64,000 nucleotides of DNA from Candidatus Omnitrophota bacterium (lineage in GTDB: Bacteria; Omnitrophota; Gorgyraeia; Gygaellales; Profunditerraquicolaceae). The position numbers and the translations under genes were made by a program. This document shows, piece after piece, positions 47,136 through 56,966 of the stretch (its first letter is position 1; each line of letters opens with the position of its first letter). The notes under the pieces are model-generated. The model was not told the DNA's origin. It was given only the letters and a program-made list of their open reading frames with translations, and ran no database searches. The stretch is from the NCBI GenBank assembly GCA_030650425.1, contig JAUSED010000012.1, forward strand, positions 905 through 64,904, read 5' to 3'.

Positions 47136-48101
47136 ATGAATTTATTATTCGTGCGTATTTTATTCATAGTCGCAAGCTCGATCGTGGGTTATCAGGCGGG
47201 AAGTGTGCAAGGCGGCCTTATCGGAGTCATCCTAAGCTCTACACTGATTCTTATAGAGATGGGATTACGTAAGGTTTCAGTAAGCGGGCTTTCAAGCAGC
47301 GTTTTCGGGTTGATTCTAGGTTTGATTATGGCTAAGCTGGTGGGAGACGCCTTTAGCGTTACTCCGCTTTCTCCAAGCACGCTTGCTTCGGTGAGAGTGA
47401 TCTTAACCTTAGTCTTTTGTTATTTAGGTATGATTATGGCTTTACGCGGTAAAGATGAGTTTAGCGTGATTATACCCTATGTGCGGCTTAGGCGTCAGGA
47501 TCAAGCGGAGGAGATTGTGGTTTTAGACACCAGCGTGATCATCGACGGAAGGATTGTGGATATCTGCAAAACCAAATTTCTTTCTGGTAAGATTATCATC
47601 CCTAAGTTTGTTTTAAGGGAGTTACAACAGATAGCGGATTCGACTGATCCGATTAAGCGTCAGCGAGGCAGGCGGGGTCTGGAGATTCTTCATACAGTAC
47701 AGACAGAATCGGGATTGGATATCGTTATACATGAGACGGACTTTCCAGAGACTAACGAAGTGGACGCTAAGCTTGTGAAATTAGCCAAACTTTTGGAAGC
47801 AAAGATCCTGACTGTTGATTTTAATTTAAACCGCGTAGCCACAATTCAGGGAATCAAGGTTTTAAATATTAATGAACTTGCCAATGCCCTTAAACCGATA
47901 GTTTTTCCCGGAGAAGAGATGCAGATTAAGCTGATTAAAGAAGGCAAAGAGCATAATCAGGCAATCGGTTATCTAGAGGACGGGACAATGGTGGTGGTGG
48001 AAGACGCGCGCAAGCTGATCGGGCAGGAGGTAAAGGTCGCGGTTACCTCTGTCCTTCAGACACAGGCAGGTAGGATGATTTTTACCAAGTTAGAACGATA
48101 A
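47136..48101 (+). CDS. PIN/TRAM-domain protein (YacL-like)
   Basis: N-terminal membrane segments, a PIN-like '[11 protein letters not shown]' region and a C-terminal TRAM-like domain. Sits between radA and ispD as in Bacillus. Confidence 0.75.
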   Translation: MNLLFVRILFIVASSIVGYQAGSVQGGLIGVILSSTLILIEMGLRKVSVSGLSSSVFGLILGLIMAKLVGDAFSVTPLSPSTLASVRVILTLVFCYLGMIMALRGKDEFSVIIPYVRLRRQDQAEEIVVLDTSVIIDGRIVDICKTKFLSGKIIIPKFVLRELQQIADSTDPIKRQRGRRGLEILHTVQTESGLDIVIHETDFPETNEVDAKLVKLAKLLEAKILTVDFNLNRVATIQGIKVLNINELANALKPIVFPGEEMQIKLIKEGKEHNQAIGYLEDGTMVVVEDARKLIGQEVKVAVTSVLQTQAGRMIFTKLER

Positions 48102-48796
48102 TGTTGGTCAGCGCGATAGTGGTGGCTGCCGGGAAAAGTAAAAGGTTCAAAACTAAAACTTCCAAAGTTATATTAAAGTTAGGCTCCAAACCGGTGATTG
48201 TTTATTCGTTGGGTATTCTGAATGAACATCCCAAGATAAAAGAAATTATTATCGTCGCTAACCCGCAGAACTTCGAGAGCCTGCGCGGAATTATTAAAAA
48301 AAATAAGTTTTACAAGGCGGTTAAGGTTGTCTTAGGCGGTAAAAAGCGTAAGGATTCCGTAGCAGCGGGCTTGAGAGTAATTAATTCTAAGGCGGATTTT
48401 GTGTTAATTCATGACGCTGCCCGGCCCTTTATAACCAGAGATTTGGTCTCTTTAGTAATAAATGAAGCTTATGAATCAAAAGCAGCGATTTTGGGCGTGC
48501 CGGTGAAAGCAACGATAAAACGATGCAAGCTGCAAGGCGCAGAGTGCATGGTAAAAGAAACGATAGATAGAAAGAATATCTGGGAAGTGCAAACTCCGCA
48601 GGTATTCGCGAGAGATTTAATCTTAAAGGCGTATCAAAGATTTAGTCATAGCGATGCAACTGACGATGCGATGTTGGTAGAGAGGCTGGGGGCTAAGGTA
48701 AGCGTAGTTTTAGGTTCGTATAAGAATATCAAGATTACCACTCCCGAAGATTTCATAATCGCTAAAGGAGTAGCTTATTTATGGAAACCCGCGTAG
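48101..48796 (+). CDS. ispD: 2-C-methyl-D-erythritol 4-phosphate cytidylyltransferase
   Basis: 'VVAAGKSKRF' nucleotidyltransferase N-terminus. Overlaps ispF. Confidence 0.85.
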   Translation: MLVSAIVVAAGKSKRFKTKTSKVILKLGSKPVIVYSLGILNEHPKIKEIIIVANPQNFESLRGIIKKNKFYKAVKVVLGGKKRKDSVAAGLRVINSKADFVLIHDAARPFITRDLVSLVINEAYESKAAILGVPVKATIKRCKLQGAECMVKETIDRKNIWEVQTPQVFARDLILKAYQRFSHSDATDDAMLVERLGAKVSVVLGSYKNIKITTPEDFIIAKGVAYLWKPA

Positions 48797-49263
48797 GCCT
48801 AGGTTATGACCTTCACCGTTTGGTAGGCGAACGTAAATTAATTATCGGCGGAGTAGAGATACCTTATATAAAAGGTTTATTTGGCTACTCTGACGCCGAT
48901 GTTCTAATTCACGCGATCTGCGACGCACTGCTGGGCGCGATTTCCGCGGGAGACATAGGAGAACTTTTCCCCGATACTGATCCTAGATATCAGGGCATCT
49001 CAAGTGCCGAATTGTTAAAGATAATCTTAGGGTTAGTGGGTAAAAAGGGGTATGAAATTGTTAACCTTGATACTATTATCATCGCCGAAGAGCCAAAGAT
49101 GTCTCCATTTAAGAGCAGAATTCAGGAAAACTTAAGTAAAATTATGAATATAAATAAAGATCGTGTAAGTATCAAGGCTAAGACTAACGAAGGCTTGGGT
49201 GAAATAGGCAGAAAAGAAGGGATTGCCTGTTTTGCTACGGTTTTAATTAAGAAGGAGAGTTAA
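48781..49263 (+). CDS. ispF: 2-C-methyl-D-erythritol 2,4-cyclodiphosphate synthase
   Basis: '[10 protein letters not shown]' and '[14 protein letters not shown]' are canonical IspF motifs. Confidence 0.9.
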   Translation: METRVGLGYDLHRLVGERKLIIGGVEIPYIKGLFGYSDADVLIHAICDALLGAISAGDIGELFPDTDPRYQGISSAELLKIILGLVGKKGYEIVNLDTIIIAEEPKMSPFKSRIQENLSKIMNINKDRVSIKAKTNEGLGEIGRKEGIACFATVLIKKES

Positions 49264-49265
49264 TT

Positions 49266-49946
49266 ATGACTTGCCTAGTACAGGTATTATTATTGATTTT
49301 AGGGTTAATCATCATTAAGAATATCCTTGTCGCCGTGATCTTTTATCAAGAGATCAAAACAGCTCAGGAGAGGGATCCCGCGGCGAAGAGTTTTATCGAA
49401 GTTTTATTTTTGTATCAGGGCTTGCACGCTCTTGTAGCTTACCGGTTAGCAAATTTTTTCTACCGGGCAAGGTTTTTTTTCTTAGCCCGGTTTATCTCGC
49501 AAATGGCGCGCTGGGCAACCGGGATTGAAATCCATCCGGGAGCTCGAATCGGTAAAAGCCTGTTTATCGATCATGGAATGGGAGTGGTAATTGGCGAGAC
49601 CGCGATTATCGGCGATAATGTGCTTTTATATCAGGGCGTTACTTTGGGAGGAACAGGCCTTGAAAAGGGGAAGCGGCATCCGACGATCGGAAATAATGTA
49701 GTGATTGGTGGAGGCGCCAAGGTCTTAGGGAATATCACCATAGGGGATAATGCTTATATCGGGGCTAATGCCGTAGTGATTAAAGATGTCCCGGCTAATT
49801 CAACGGTGGTGGGTGTCCCGGGAAGGATCACTAAACAGGACGGAAAGAAGATTGACATAAGTCTTGATCATATACATGTGCTTGATCCATTAATGCAGTC
49901 GATAGAAGAGTTAGAGAAGAGGATCCAGAAGTTAGAAAATAAATAA
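49266..49946 (+). CDS. cysE: Serine O-acetyltransferase
   Basis: Left-handed beta-helix hexapeptide repeats ('[23 protein letters not shown]'). Confidence 0.8.
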   Translation: MTCLVQVLLLILGLIIIKNILVAVIFYQEIKTAQERDPAAKSFIEVLFLYQGLHALVAYRLANFFYRARFFFLARFISQMARWATGIEIHPGARIGKSLFIDHGMGVVIGETAIIGDNVLLYQGVTLGGTGLEKGKRHPTIGNNVVIGGGAKVLGNITIGDNAYIGANAVVIKDVPANSTVVGVPGRITKQDGKKIDISLDHIHVLDPLMQSIEELEKRIQKLENK

Positions 49947-51395
49947 ATGCCCATCCATATATACAACTCCCTGTCCCGTAAGAAAGAAGAATTTCATTCT
50001 TTAAAGCCTAACGAGATTAAGATCTATACTTGCGGCCCTACGGTTTATGACGAGCCGCACATAGGACACGCCCGCAGCGCCTATATTTTCGATGTGATCA
50101 GGCGCTATCTTGCTTACCAAGGATATAAAGTAAAATTTGTGCGTAATGTAACGGATGTGGATGATAAAATAATCGATAGGGCCAAGAAGGAATTTCCCGG
50201 AGAGGATTTAAACGCGGCTTTTAAAAAAGTATCCGAAAAATACCTTACCTCTTATCATGAGGCGCTAAAGAGCTTAAATATAGGAGTTGATCAGGAAAAA
50301 ATATTTGAACCTAAGGCAAGCGAGTATATTCCTAAAATGGTTAAGTTTATCCAAGGCCTGATTGATAAAGGAGCGGCTTATCTTTCAGCAGGGGATGTTT
50401 ATTTTGATATCACCAAAGCCAAAAGCTACGGGAAATTATCCAATCAGTCTTTGGAAAAGATGGAATCCGGAACTCGGGTAGCTCCGAATAAAAATAAGCG
50501 CAACCCCTTGGATTTCGCGCTTTGGAAGTCTGCTAAAGCAGATGAACCTTCGTGGGATAGCCCGTGGAGCGCGGGGAGGCCCGGCTGGCATATCGAATGT
50601 TCCGTAATGAGCTCGGATATTTTAGGCAATGAATTCGATATCCACGGTGGAGGGATTGATTTAATCTTTCCACACCATGAAAATGAGATCGCCCAATCCG
50701 AAGCCTCCGGAGAAAAATTCGCCAGATACTGGATCCACCACGGCCTGCTCACCATCAACGGCCAAAAAATGGCTAAGTCGCTGGGGAATTTTGTTACGGT
50801 GAATAGTTTTCTGGAGAAATATAAAAACGCCGACTTATTAAAGCTATTATTTTTATCCACGCGTTATGCGCATCCGGTGGATTATACCGATGAGAAGATT
50901 CAAGAAGCCAAGCAGGCACTAGAGAGGATTTTAATTCTAGTGAATAAAATAGATGTAGTCTCCAAGTCTCAAAGTCTCAAAGTCTCAAGCAAAAGCGTTA
51001 AACAAATTGAGGAGATTAAAAATAAGTTCATTGCGGCGATGGACGACGATTTTAATACGCCGCAAGCTTTGGCTAGTATATTTGATTTAGTAAGTTTGGC
51101 GAATAAACATATTGGCGATATAGATTTTATTCATAGAGCAAAAGATACCTTAAGAGAGCTTTTGGATATCTTTGGAATCTCTTTAAAATCTACTAAATCA
51201 GTTACTATTACCTCTGATTCTTATATAGTTTCTGCGATTACTGATAAAGAGATTGAGCAGAAAATTATGGAAAGAAATAAAGCGCGAGACAATAAAGATT
51301 ATTTACTCTCTGATACTATACGAAAAGAATTAGAAGAAAAAGGTATTATTTTAGAAGATACCAAAGAAGGTACGACTTGGCGTAGGAAAATTTAG
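49947..51395 (+). CDS. cysS: Cysteine--tRNA ligase
   Basis: 'HIGHARS' and 'KMAKSLGN' class I motifs. Contains an in-frame 8-nt microsatellite (agtctcaa x3-4) at 50957..50988. Confidence 0.9.
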   Translation: MPIHIYNSLSRKKEEFHSLKPNEIKIYTCGPTVYDEPHIGHARSAYIFDVIRRYLAYQGYKVKFVRNVTDVDDKIIDRAKKEFPGEDLNAAFKKVSEKYLTSYHEALKSLNIGVDQEKIFEPKASEYIPKMVKFIQGLIDKGAAYLSAGDVYFDITKAKSYGKLSNQSLEKMESGTRVAPNKNKRNPLDFALWKSAKADEPSWDSPWSAGRPGWHIECSVMSSDILGNEFDIHGGGIDLIFPHHENEIAQSEASGEKFARYWIHHGLLTINGQKMAKSLGNFVTVNSFLEKYKNADLLKLLFLSTRYAHPVDYTDEKIQEAKQALERILILVNKIDVVSKSQSLKVSSKSVKQIEEIKNKFIAAMDDDFNTPQALASIFDLVSLANKHIGDIDFIHRAKDTLRELLDIFGISLKSTKSVTITSDSYIVSAITDKEIEQKIMERNKARDNKDYLLSDTIRKELEEKGIILEDTKEGTTWRRKI

Positions 51396-51439
51396 ACGCC
51401 TACGTTATATTAATTGATATTTTGCTCTCAGGGTATTGT

Positions 51440-51609
51440 TCGCGCGCTGAAAATTTTCGCCGTGTGCTGCGGTTTACGACTCACTCCCGGACAGACTTAC
51501 GCTTTTAAGCAGGTCCTCCGTTCGTCGTAAATCCCTGCCTGCCTGCCGGCAGGCAGGTTTGCACACTATCTAGGATAGAGGTGCCGAAAATTTTCTAATG
51601 CGCGCTCAC
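51440..51609. other. Structured inverted-repeat element (~170 nt): candidate small structured ncRNA or MITE-like element
   Basis: About 20-bp imperfect terminal inverted repeats (GCGCGCTGAAAATTTTCG / CGAAAATTTTCTAATGCGCGC). Nested pairings GTGTGC/GCACAC and GGTTTACGAC/GTCGTAAA. Perfect 20-nt palindrome CCTGCCTGCCGGCAGGCAGG. Confidence 0.35.
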
Positions 51610-51702
51610 AACACCCTTCGGCAAAATAGCTAGAGCCAAAATCGAAATTCGCTCGAAAATTACCAAGGTTCATTTGAATGTTGAGATTACTTACCAGATA
51701 GT

Positions 51703-52224
51703 ATGAATCTAAAAAACAGTATAGATAGGGCAATTACATTAATACATACTCCGGCTGATTATGAGGAGTATGTCGTTATAAAGGTGAATCCAGTGGGAGA
51801 GTCTTGCTGTTGTTTTCATCATTGGCCACAGACTTGGAAAATCGTAAACGAATATATCCATCCTTGTGGACCCCTACAAGACGAAGGCGATGTATTAATA
51901 AATACTAACAAAGGAGAATTCGTTTTAGAATGCCATGAAAGTGGCCCAGAGATTGTTATTTATTTAGCTAAGGCGACAGTAGATTTAATAAAATCTATTG
52001 TTGATTTAATTATTACCTTGTTGAAAGCTAGAGAATTAGAAAAGAATAATCGCAGCGGTTTGTTGAAGTACAAAATAACAAGAAACTATCAAATTAAAGA
52101 TAAATCTATAGAAGAAGAAGTTATTGAATTAGAATTACCTCTTTCCGATAGTGTTATTAAGGAATTGAATGAACATATTCAAGTAACCATCAAAAAGAGA
52201 ATAATTAGTAAGGCTAAAGCTTAA
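51703..52224 (+). CDS. Hypothetical protein (173 aa), part of a small insertion between cysS and tmk
   Basis: ORF with Cys cluster 'ESCCCFHHWPQ'. No recognised domain. Confidence 0.45.
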   Translation: MNLKNSIDRAITLIHTPADYEEYVVIKVNPVGESCCCFHHWPQTWKIVNEYIHPCGPLQDEGDVLINTNKGEFVLECHESGPEIVIYLAKATVDLIKSIVDLIITLLKARELEKNNRSGLLKYKITRNYQIKDKSIEEEVIELELPLSDSVIKELNEHIQVTIKKRIISKAKA

Positions 52225-52292
52225 TTTTAGCGAATGGCTTACTTGAGTTATCAGGGGGTGACACGGCGAAAGGAGTATTAAAAATTATAAAC

Positions 52293-52321
52293 TTGACAAT
52301 ACAACTATTTAGTTGTATACT
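52293..52321 (+). promoter_or_regulatory. Consensus promoter (TTGACA - 17 nt - TATACT) with an operator-like palindrome ACAACTAtttAGTTGT in the spacer; probable autoregulated TA promoter
   Basis: Read directly. The -10 element ends 4 nt before the toxin ATG, so the transcript is leaderless or short-leader. Confidence 0.5.
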
Positions 52322-52325
52322 CTAG

Positions 52326-52691
52326 ATGAAGGAAAAGGATAGCGTGGCTGTCAGTTGTTTTTATTACGTAACCGAATCCGGAAAGTCGCCGGTAAGGGAT
52401 TTCATTGATTCGCTGGATTCAGGAAGCCAGAGAAAATTCTTCTTTGCGCAGAATCTTTTGGAAGAATTCGGCCGTAAACTGCCGCAGCCTCATGCCAAAT
52501 ACATTGGCGATGATATATTTGAGCTAAGATTTAAGGGGCAGGAAGGCCAAATCAGGATTTTATACTTCTTTTTCCTCCACGAAAAGTTAATCTTTACTAA
52601 CGGTTTTGTTAAAAAGAGCGCTAAGACGCCATTAAAGGAACGGGCACTTGCAATTGAAAGAAGAAGATTATTCTTAGAAAGACAAAAGTAA
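52326..52691 (+). CDS. Type II toxin, RelE/ParE superfamily (HigB / Gp49-like, DUF891)
   Basis: 121 aa. Toxin-first order, followed by an XRE-HTH antitoxin. 'PVRDFIDSL...IRILYFF' resembles Gp49/HigB proteins. Confidence 0.6.
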   Translation: MKEKDSVAVSCFYYVTESGKSPVRDFIDSLDSGSQRKFFFAQNLLEEFGRKLPQPHAKYIGDDIFELRFKGQEGQIRILYFFFLHEKLIFTNGFVKKSAKTPLKERALAIERRRLFLERQK

Positions 52692-52711
52692 GAAGGAAGG
52701 GAAGGTGCGCT

Positions 52712-53056
52712 ATGAATATGGAAAGAGTTGACGAACACTTAAAAGAAAAATTAAAGGATCCGTATTTCAAAGAGCTCTATGAGCTTGAGGAGCAAAAGCT
52801 CGACATTGTGAAGCGGATTATCGATTACAGGATAAAAAGCAAGCTTACTCAAGGCCAATTAGCCAAAAAAGCGGGAGTTACGCAGCAGCATATCTCTAAA
52901 ATTGAAAACGGAGATTTTAGGAGTATCGTGACTTTGGAAAAAATCCTGCTATTTATTGGCTATACGGTGAAAATTCAAGCCGTTCCTCTAAGCCATAGGG
53001 TTAAGAATGGTATTGAACGTTTTGTGAGGAATAAACACAGGCTACAATTCGCTTAA
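52712..53056 (+). CDS. XRE-family HTH antitoxin (HigA-like)
   Basis: 'LTQGQLAKKAGVTQQHISKIENG' HTH. Confidence 0.65.
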   Translation: MNMERVDEHLKEKLKDPYFKELYELEEQKLDIVKRIIDYRIKSKLTQGQLAKKAGVTQQHISKIENGDFRSIVTLEKILLFIGYTVKIQAVPLSHRVKNGIERFVRNKHRLQFA

Positions 53057-53062
53057 TTTATC

Positions 53063-53677
53063 ATGAAAGGCAAATTTATTACATTTGAAGGTTCAGAAGG
53101 CTGCGGTAAGAGTACGCAATCGCGCTTGCTCTACGAATATCTTCAAGTCAAAGGCAAGCAGGTAATCTATTTGCGCGAGCCGGGCGCGACTAAAATAAGC
53201 GAAAAGATCCGCGATATTTTGCTCGACGCCAAAAATCAGGCTATCGTTCCGGAAGCTGAGATGCTCCTTTATATGGCGGCCCGCGCTCAAATTGTCGGAG
53301 AAGTCATTAAGCCCGCGCTTAAAAAAGGAATAATTGTCATCTGCGACAGGTTTCTGGATTCCACGCTTGCTTACCAAGGTTATGGCTTAGGGATGGATAT
53401 TGATTTAATCAGAAGAATAGGTAAGTTTACTACCGCTGGTATTGCTCCGGATTTAACTTTGTTTTTGGATTTAGCAGTTGAACATGGGCTCAAGCACCGG
53501 CAAGCCAGTCTTGATCGCATTGAAATGCGCTCAGTTAATTATCATTTACGCGTTCGCAAAGGTTATCTCGCGTTAGCTAAACAGGAACCGAAAAGGATTA
53601 AAGTTGTGAAGGTCGAGCAAGATAAATTCAAAACCCAAGCCAAGATAAGGGAACTGGTAGAAAAATATGTCTTTTAG
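53063..53677 (+). CDS. tmk: Thymidylate kinase
   Basis: P-loop 'FEGSEGCGKSTQ' and 'DRF' motif. Confidence 0.9.
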   Translation: MKGKFITFEGSEGCGKSTQSRLLYEYLQVKGKQVIYLREPGATKISEKIRDILLDAKNQAIVPEAEMLLYMAARAQIVGEVIKPALKKGIIVICDRFLDSTLAYQGYGLGMDIDLIRRIGKFTTAGIAPDLTLFLDLAVEHGLKHRQASLDRIEMRSVNYHLRVRKGYLALAKQEPKRIKVVKVEQDKFKTQAKIRELVEKYVF

Positions 53678-54626
53678 CGCGATTAAAGGTCAGAATAAAC
53701 CCCTAGAGATCCTCAAGGCTTATATCGATAATGCACGGCTGGAAGGCGGGTATCTCTTCACCGGCGCCGAAGGTATTGGTAAGAAGATGACTGCTCTGGC
53801 TTTGGCTAAGAGGCTTAATTGTTTAGAGGGTAAACTAGATAGCTGCGGCCATTGTGCTTCATGTCTAAAAATAGACAATAACCAGCATCCGGATGTGCAT
53901 ATGATTTTAGATGAGGAGCCGCAAATAAAAATAGAAGTAATCCGACAGCTGCAAAAAGAGATAAACCTGAAGGCCTACGAAGGAGAATTTAAGGTTTTTA
54001 TCATTGATAATGCCCATACCCTGACTGCCGAGGCATCTAATTCTTTACTAAAGATTTTGGAGGAACCTCCTAAAAAGAGCCTGATTATCTTGATCACAGA
54101 TAAGCCTAATCTGCTTTTTAAGACGGTCATCTCGCGCTGTAAGATTTTAAAATTTCTTGCGCTTAAAAGAGAAACGCTGGAAGAAATACTCAAAAAAGAT
54201 TATTCATTAGATACGGGTTACGCGCATTTTTTAGCCTATTTTTCCGAAGGGAGGCTTGGCCGGGCATTAAAGTTAAAGGACGAAGATATTATCACCAAAA
54301 AAAATATGCTGATCGATAAATTGATCCTTTCATCTCAGCCTAACCTGGAAAGCCTGGCGCAGGGCGCCCGGGCGGATATCCGTAATTCTTTAAACTTATT
54401 AGTTACATGGTTTCGGGATATATATTTATTAAAAACAGGCGTAGCGGAAGAAGAAGTGATCAATTCGGACCGAAAGGTTGATTTGGCGCGTTCGCTTTCC
54501 CGGTTTTCATTTTTAGATTTGGATTCAATTTTGGGGAATATTACTAGCGCGATAGCTTATTTAGACCAGAACGTCAACACGCGATTGATACTCTATAATT
54601 TGAGGATGGAGATATGGAAGGCTTAA
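53667..54626 (+). CDS. holB: DNA polymerase III delta' subunit
   Basis: 'GAEGIGKKM' P-loop-like, zinc module 'CGHCASC', 'SRC' sensor motif. Confidence 0.8.
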   Translation: MSFSAIKGQNKPLEILKAYIDNARLEGGYLFTGAEGIGKKMTALALAKRLNCLEGKLDSCGHCASCLKIDNNQHPDVHMILDEEPQIKIEVIRQLQKEINLKAYEGEFKVFIIDNAHTLTAEASNSLLKILEEPPKKSLIILITDKPNLLFKTVISRCKILKFLALKRETLEEILKKDYSLDTGYAHFLAYFSEGRLGRALKLKDEDIITKKNMLIDKLILSSQPNLESLAQGARADIRNSLNLLVTWFRDIYLLKTGVAEEEVINSDRKVDLARSLSRFSFLDLDSILGNITSAIAYLDQNVNTRLILYNLRMEIWKA

Positions 54627-55435
54627 TTTATGTGCGTTTAAGGGATTCAGGCCAGATTTATGCTTATAATGCCGCGGGTTTTAGCGTCAAAGAAGGGGAT
54701 TATGTGATTATTGAACATGACCGCGGACAGGACTATGGTTTGGTGGTCCCAACTGAACCTAAATCTTGCTGCGGTGAACGCCAGTGCGCTAACCCCGCAG
54801 AAAAAGAGCCTCCCAAGAAGATATTGCGTATAGCCAGAGAAGCGGATATCAAACAGATCACGGATAATCGTTTAAAGGCAAAAGAGGTTTTCAGTTCCTG
54901 TATTAAAAAAATCGAAGAGCATAGGCTGGATATGAAACTTGTGCAGGCGGAATATTCATTTGACCGTTCAAAGATCGTATTTTATTTTACGGCTAACGGC
55001 AGGGTGGATTTCAGGAATTTGGTAAAAGACCTGGCTAGGATTTTTAAGGCCAGGATCGAACTGCGTCAGATCGGCGTGCGCGACGAAGCCCGGCTCTTCG
55101 GCGGGTTTGGCTCATGCGGCAGGGAGCTTTGCTGCGCCAAGTTCTTAAAAGATTTTGAGCCGGTAACGATTAAAATGGCTAAAGAAGAAGGGTTGCCTTT
55201 AAATCCGCCTAAGATCTCCGGGATTTGCGGAAGGCTGATGTGCTGTCTTTCTTTTGAATACGAAAGCTATAAATTGCTTTCTAAAGGCCTTCCCCGCGAA
55301 GGGGAGCACGTCAATACCCCTCGAGGGAAAGGTAAAGTGATGAGTATTAATGTATTTAGCCGCAGCGCCTCAGTTCAGCTTGAAGACGGCACGTGGATAA
55401 CCGTAAGCTATAAAGAAAAGGAACATGGTAAATAA
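54614..55435 (+). CDS. ricT: PSP1-domain protein (YaaT/RicT-like)
   Basis: PSP1 C-terminal domain with Cys-rich 'CCAKFL...CGRLMCCL'. Conserved position after holB, as in Bacillus. Confidence 0.75.
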   Translation: MEGLIYVRLRDSGQIYAYNAAGFSVKEGDYVIIEHDRGQDYGLVVPTEPKSCCGERQCANPAEKEPPKKILRIAREADIKQITDNRLKAKEVFSSCIKKIEEHRLDMKLVQAEYSFDRSKIVFYFTANGRVDFRNLVKDLARIFKARIELRQIGVRDEARLFGGFGSCGRELCCAKFLKDFEPVTIKMAKEEGLPLNPPKISGICGRLMCCLSFEYESYKLLSKGLPREGEHVNTPRGKGKVMSINVFSRSASVQLEDGTWITVSYKEKEHGK

Positions 55436-56966
55436 ATTTTATATCACCACCCCGATTTATTATGTAAATGCCTCGCCGCATATCGGGCATTCTTATACCA
55501 ATATCGCAGCGGATACATTAGCCCGCTATTATCGTCAACGTAAGGATTTCGGGAAAGATAATGTTTGGTTCTTGACCGGTACTGACGAGCACGGCCAGAA
55601 GATAAAAAAGGCGGCAGATGAAGCAAAATTAAACTCTCAGGAATTTGTGGACAAGGTGGTGGAGACATTTAAAGATCTCTGGAAGACGCTAGAAATTTCC
55701 AACAATGATTTTATCCGCACCACCGAAGAAAGGCACATCAAAACAGTCCAAAGGGCCTTGGAGATAGTTTATAACAAAGGCGATATCTATGAAGGTAAAT
55801 ATGAAGGGTGGTATTGCACGCCTTGCGAAACCTTCTGGCCGCAGACTCAGGTCGTAGATAATCTTTGCCCGGATTGTAAAAGGCCTCTAGGAAAGATAAG
55901 TGAGAGCAATTATTTCTTCAAGTTATCAAAATACCAGCAGTGGTTGATTGATTATATCAAGGATACAGCTAATCATCCTGAGCGCATTAATTTCATCGCG
56001 CCTCTTACCCGAAGGAATGAAGTCTTAGGGTTTTTAGAAAACAATAAATTAGAGGATCTCTGTATCTCTCGTCCTAAGGAGCGGCTTAGCTGGGGGATTC
56101 CCTTACCTTTTAGCGGGAAACATGTTGTGTATGTCTGGTTTGATGCCTTGATAAATTATATCAGCGCGGTAGGGGAGTTTGACGGTAATGGAGTTTACCA
56201 TTCCAAGTGGTGGCAGCCGGATGTAAAAGTTGCGCATCTGGTCGGAAAAGATATTCTTAGGCATCATGCGGTTTACTGGCCGATTATGTTGGAGGCTTTA
56301 GGTATAAGGCAGCCGGATACAATCTTTGCTCATGGCTGGTGGATGATTGATCAGAATAAGATGTCTAAGTCACGCGGGAACGCGGTTAGTCCCTTAGATT
56401 TAGTCAAACAATACGGAGTGGATACCTACAGGTATTTCTTATTACGCGATGTGCCTTTTGGCTTAGACGGTAATTTCTCCGAGGAGGCAATTGTTAAAAG
56501 ATTTAATGCGGACCTAGCCAATGACTTAGGAAATCTTTTGTATCGGACGCTTACGATGATCGAGAAATATTATCAGGGGAATATACCTGACCTGGAATTA
56601 GATAAGATTAAATTTAACGAGGCTGGCGAGAAGATTAAGAAGGCAATAAGTACGTTAGAACAGGCAGCTTATGGTCCTATAGCTATTAATTTCGATTTCA
56701 GCCTTTCCTTAGGGAAAATCTGGGAATTGATCAATCTGGCCAACAAATACGTGGAAGAGACTAAGCCCTGGAATTTAGCCAAAGAAAATAAGACAGAAGA
56801 ACTTAAATCTTTTATCCGTTTATTAGTGGAAGCGCTTAGAGTGACCGCTCGAAATATTTATCCTTTTATGCCGCTAACTTCAGAATCAATCATCCAGCAG
56901 ATCGGCGAAGAGAAAATTAAAAAAGGAAATCCTTTATTTCCCCGTATTGAGACCAAAGAGAAATAA
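55425..56966 (+). CDS. metG: Methionine--tRNA ligase (short form, no C-terminal tRNA-binding domain)
   Basis: 'PHIGHSYT' and 'KMSKSRGN'. Zn knuckle 'CTPCETF...CPDC'. Confidence 0.9.
   Translation: MVNKFYITTPIYYVNASPHIGHSYTNIAADTLARYYRQRKDFGKDNVWFLTGTDEHGQKIKKAADEAKLNSQEFVDKVVETFKDLWKTLEISNNDFIRTTEERHIKTVQRALEIVYNKGDIYEGKYEGWYCTPCETFWPQTQVVDNLCPDCKRPLGKISESNYFFKLSKYQQWLIDYIKDTANHPERINFIAPLTRRNEVLGFLENNKLEDLCISRPKERLSWGIPLPFSGKHVVYVWFDALINYISAVGEFDGNGVYHSKWWQPDVKVAHLVGKDILRHHAVYWPIMLEALGIRQPDTIFAHGWWMIDQNKMSKSRGNAVSPLDLVKQYGVDTYRYFLLRDVPFGLDGNFSEEAIVKRFNADLANDLGNLLYRTLTMIEKYYQGNIPDLELDKIKFNEAGEKIKKAISTLEQAAYGPIAINFDFSLSLGKIWELINLANKYVEETKPWNLAKENKTEELKSFIRLLVEALRVTARNIYPFMPLTSESIIQQIGEEKIKKGNPLFPRIETKEK

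Noticed and set aside
51440-51609. Assigning the structured element to a named RNA family (SRP/4.5S, 6S, tmRNA, RNase P, T-box)
   Set aside because: I compared it by eye to the SRP domain IV consensus (GGAAGG...AGCAGCC) and to 6S architecture and found no convincing match. The only SRP-like stretch is a short 'CAGGTCC'. I leave it as an unclassified structured element or MITE candidate.
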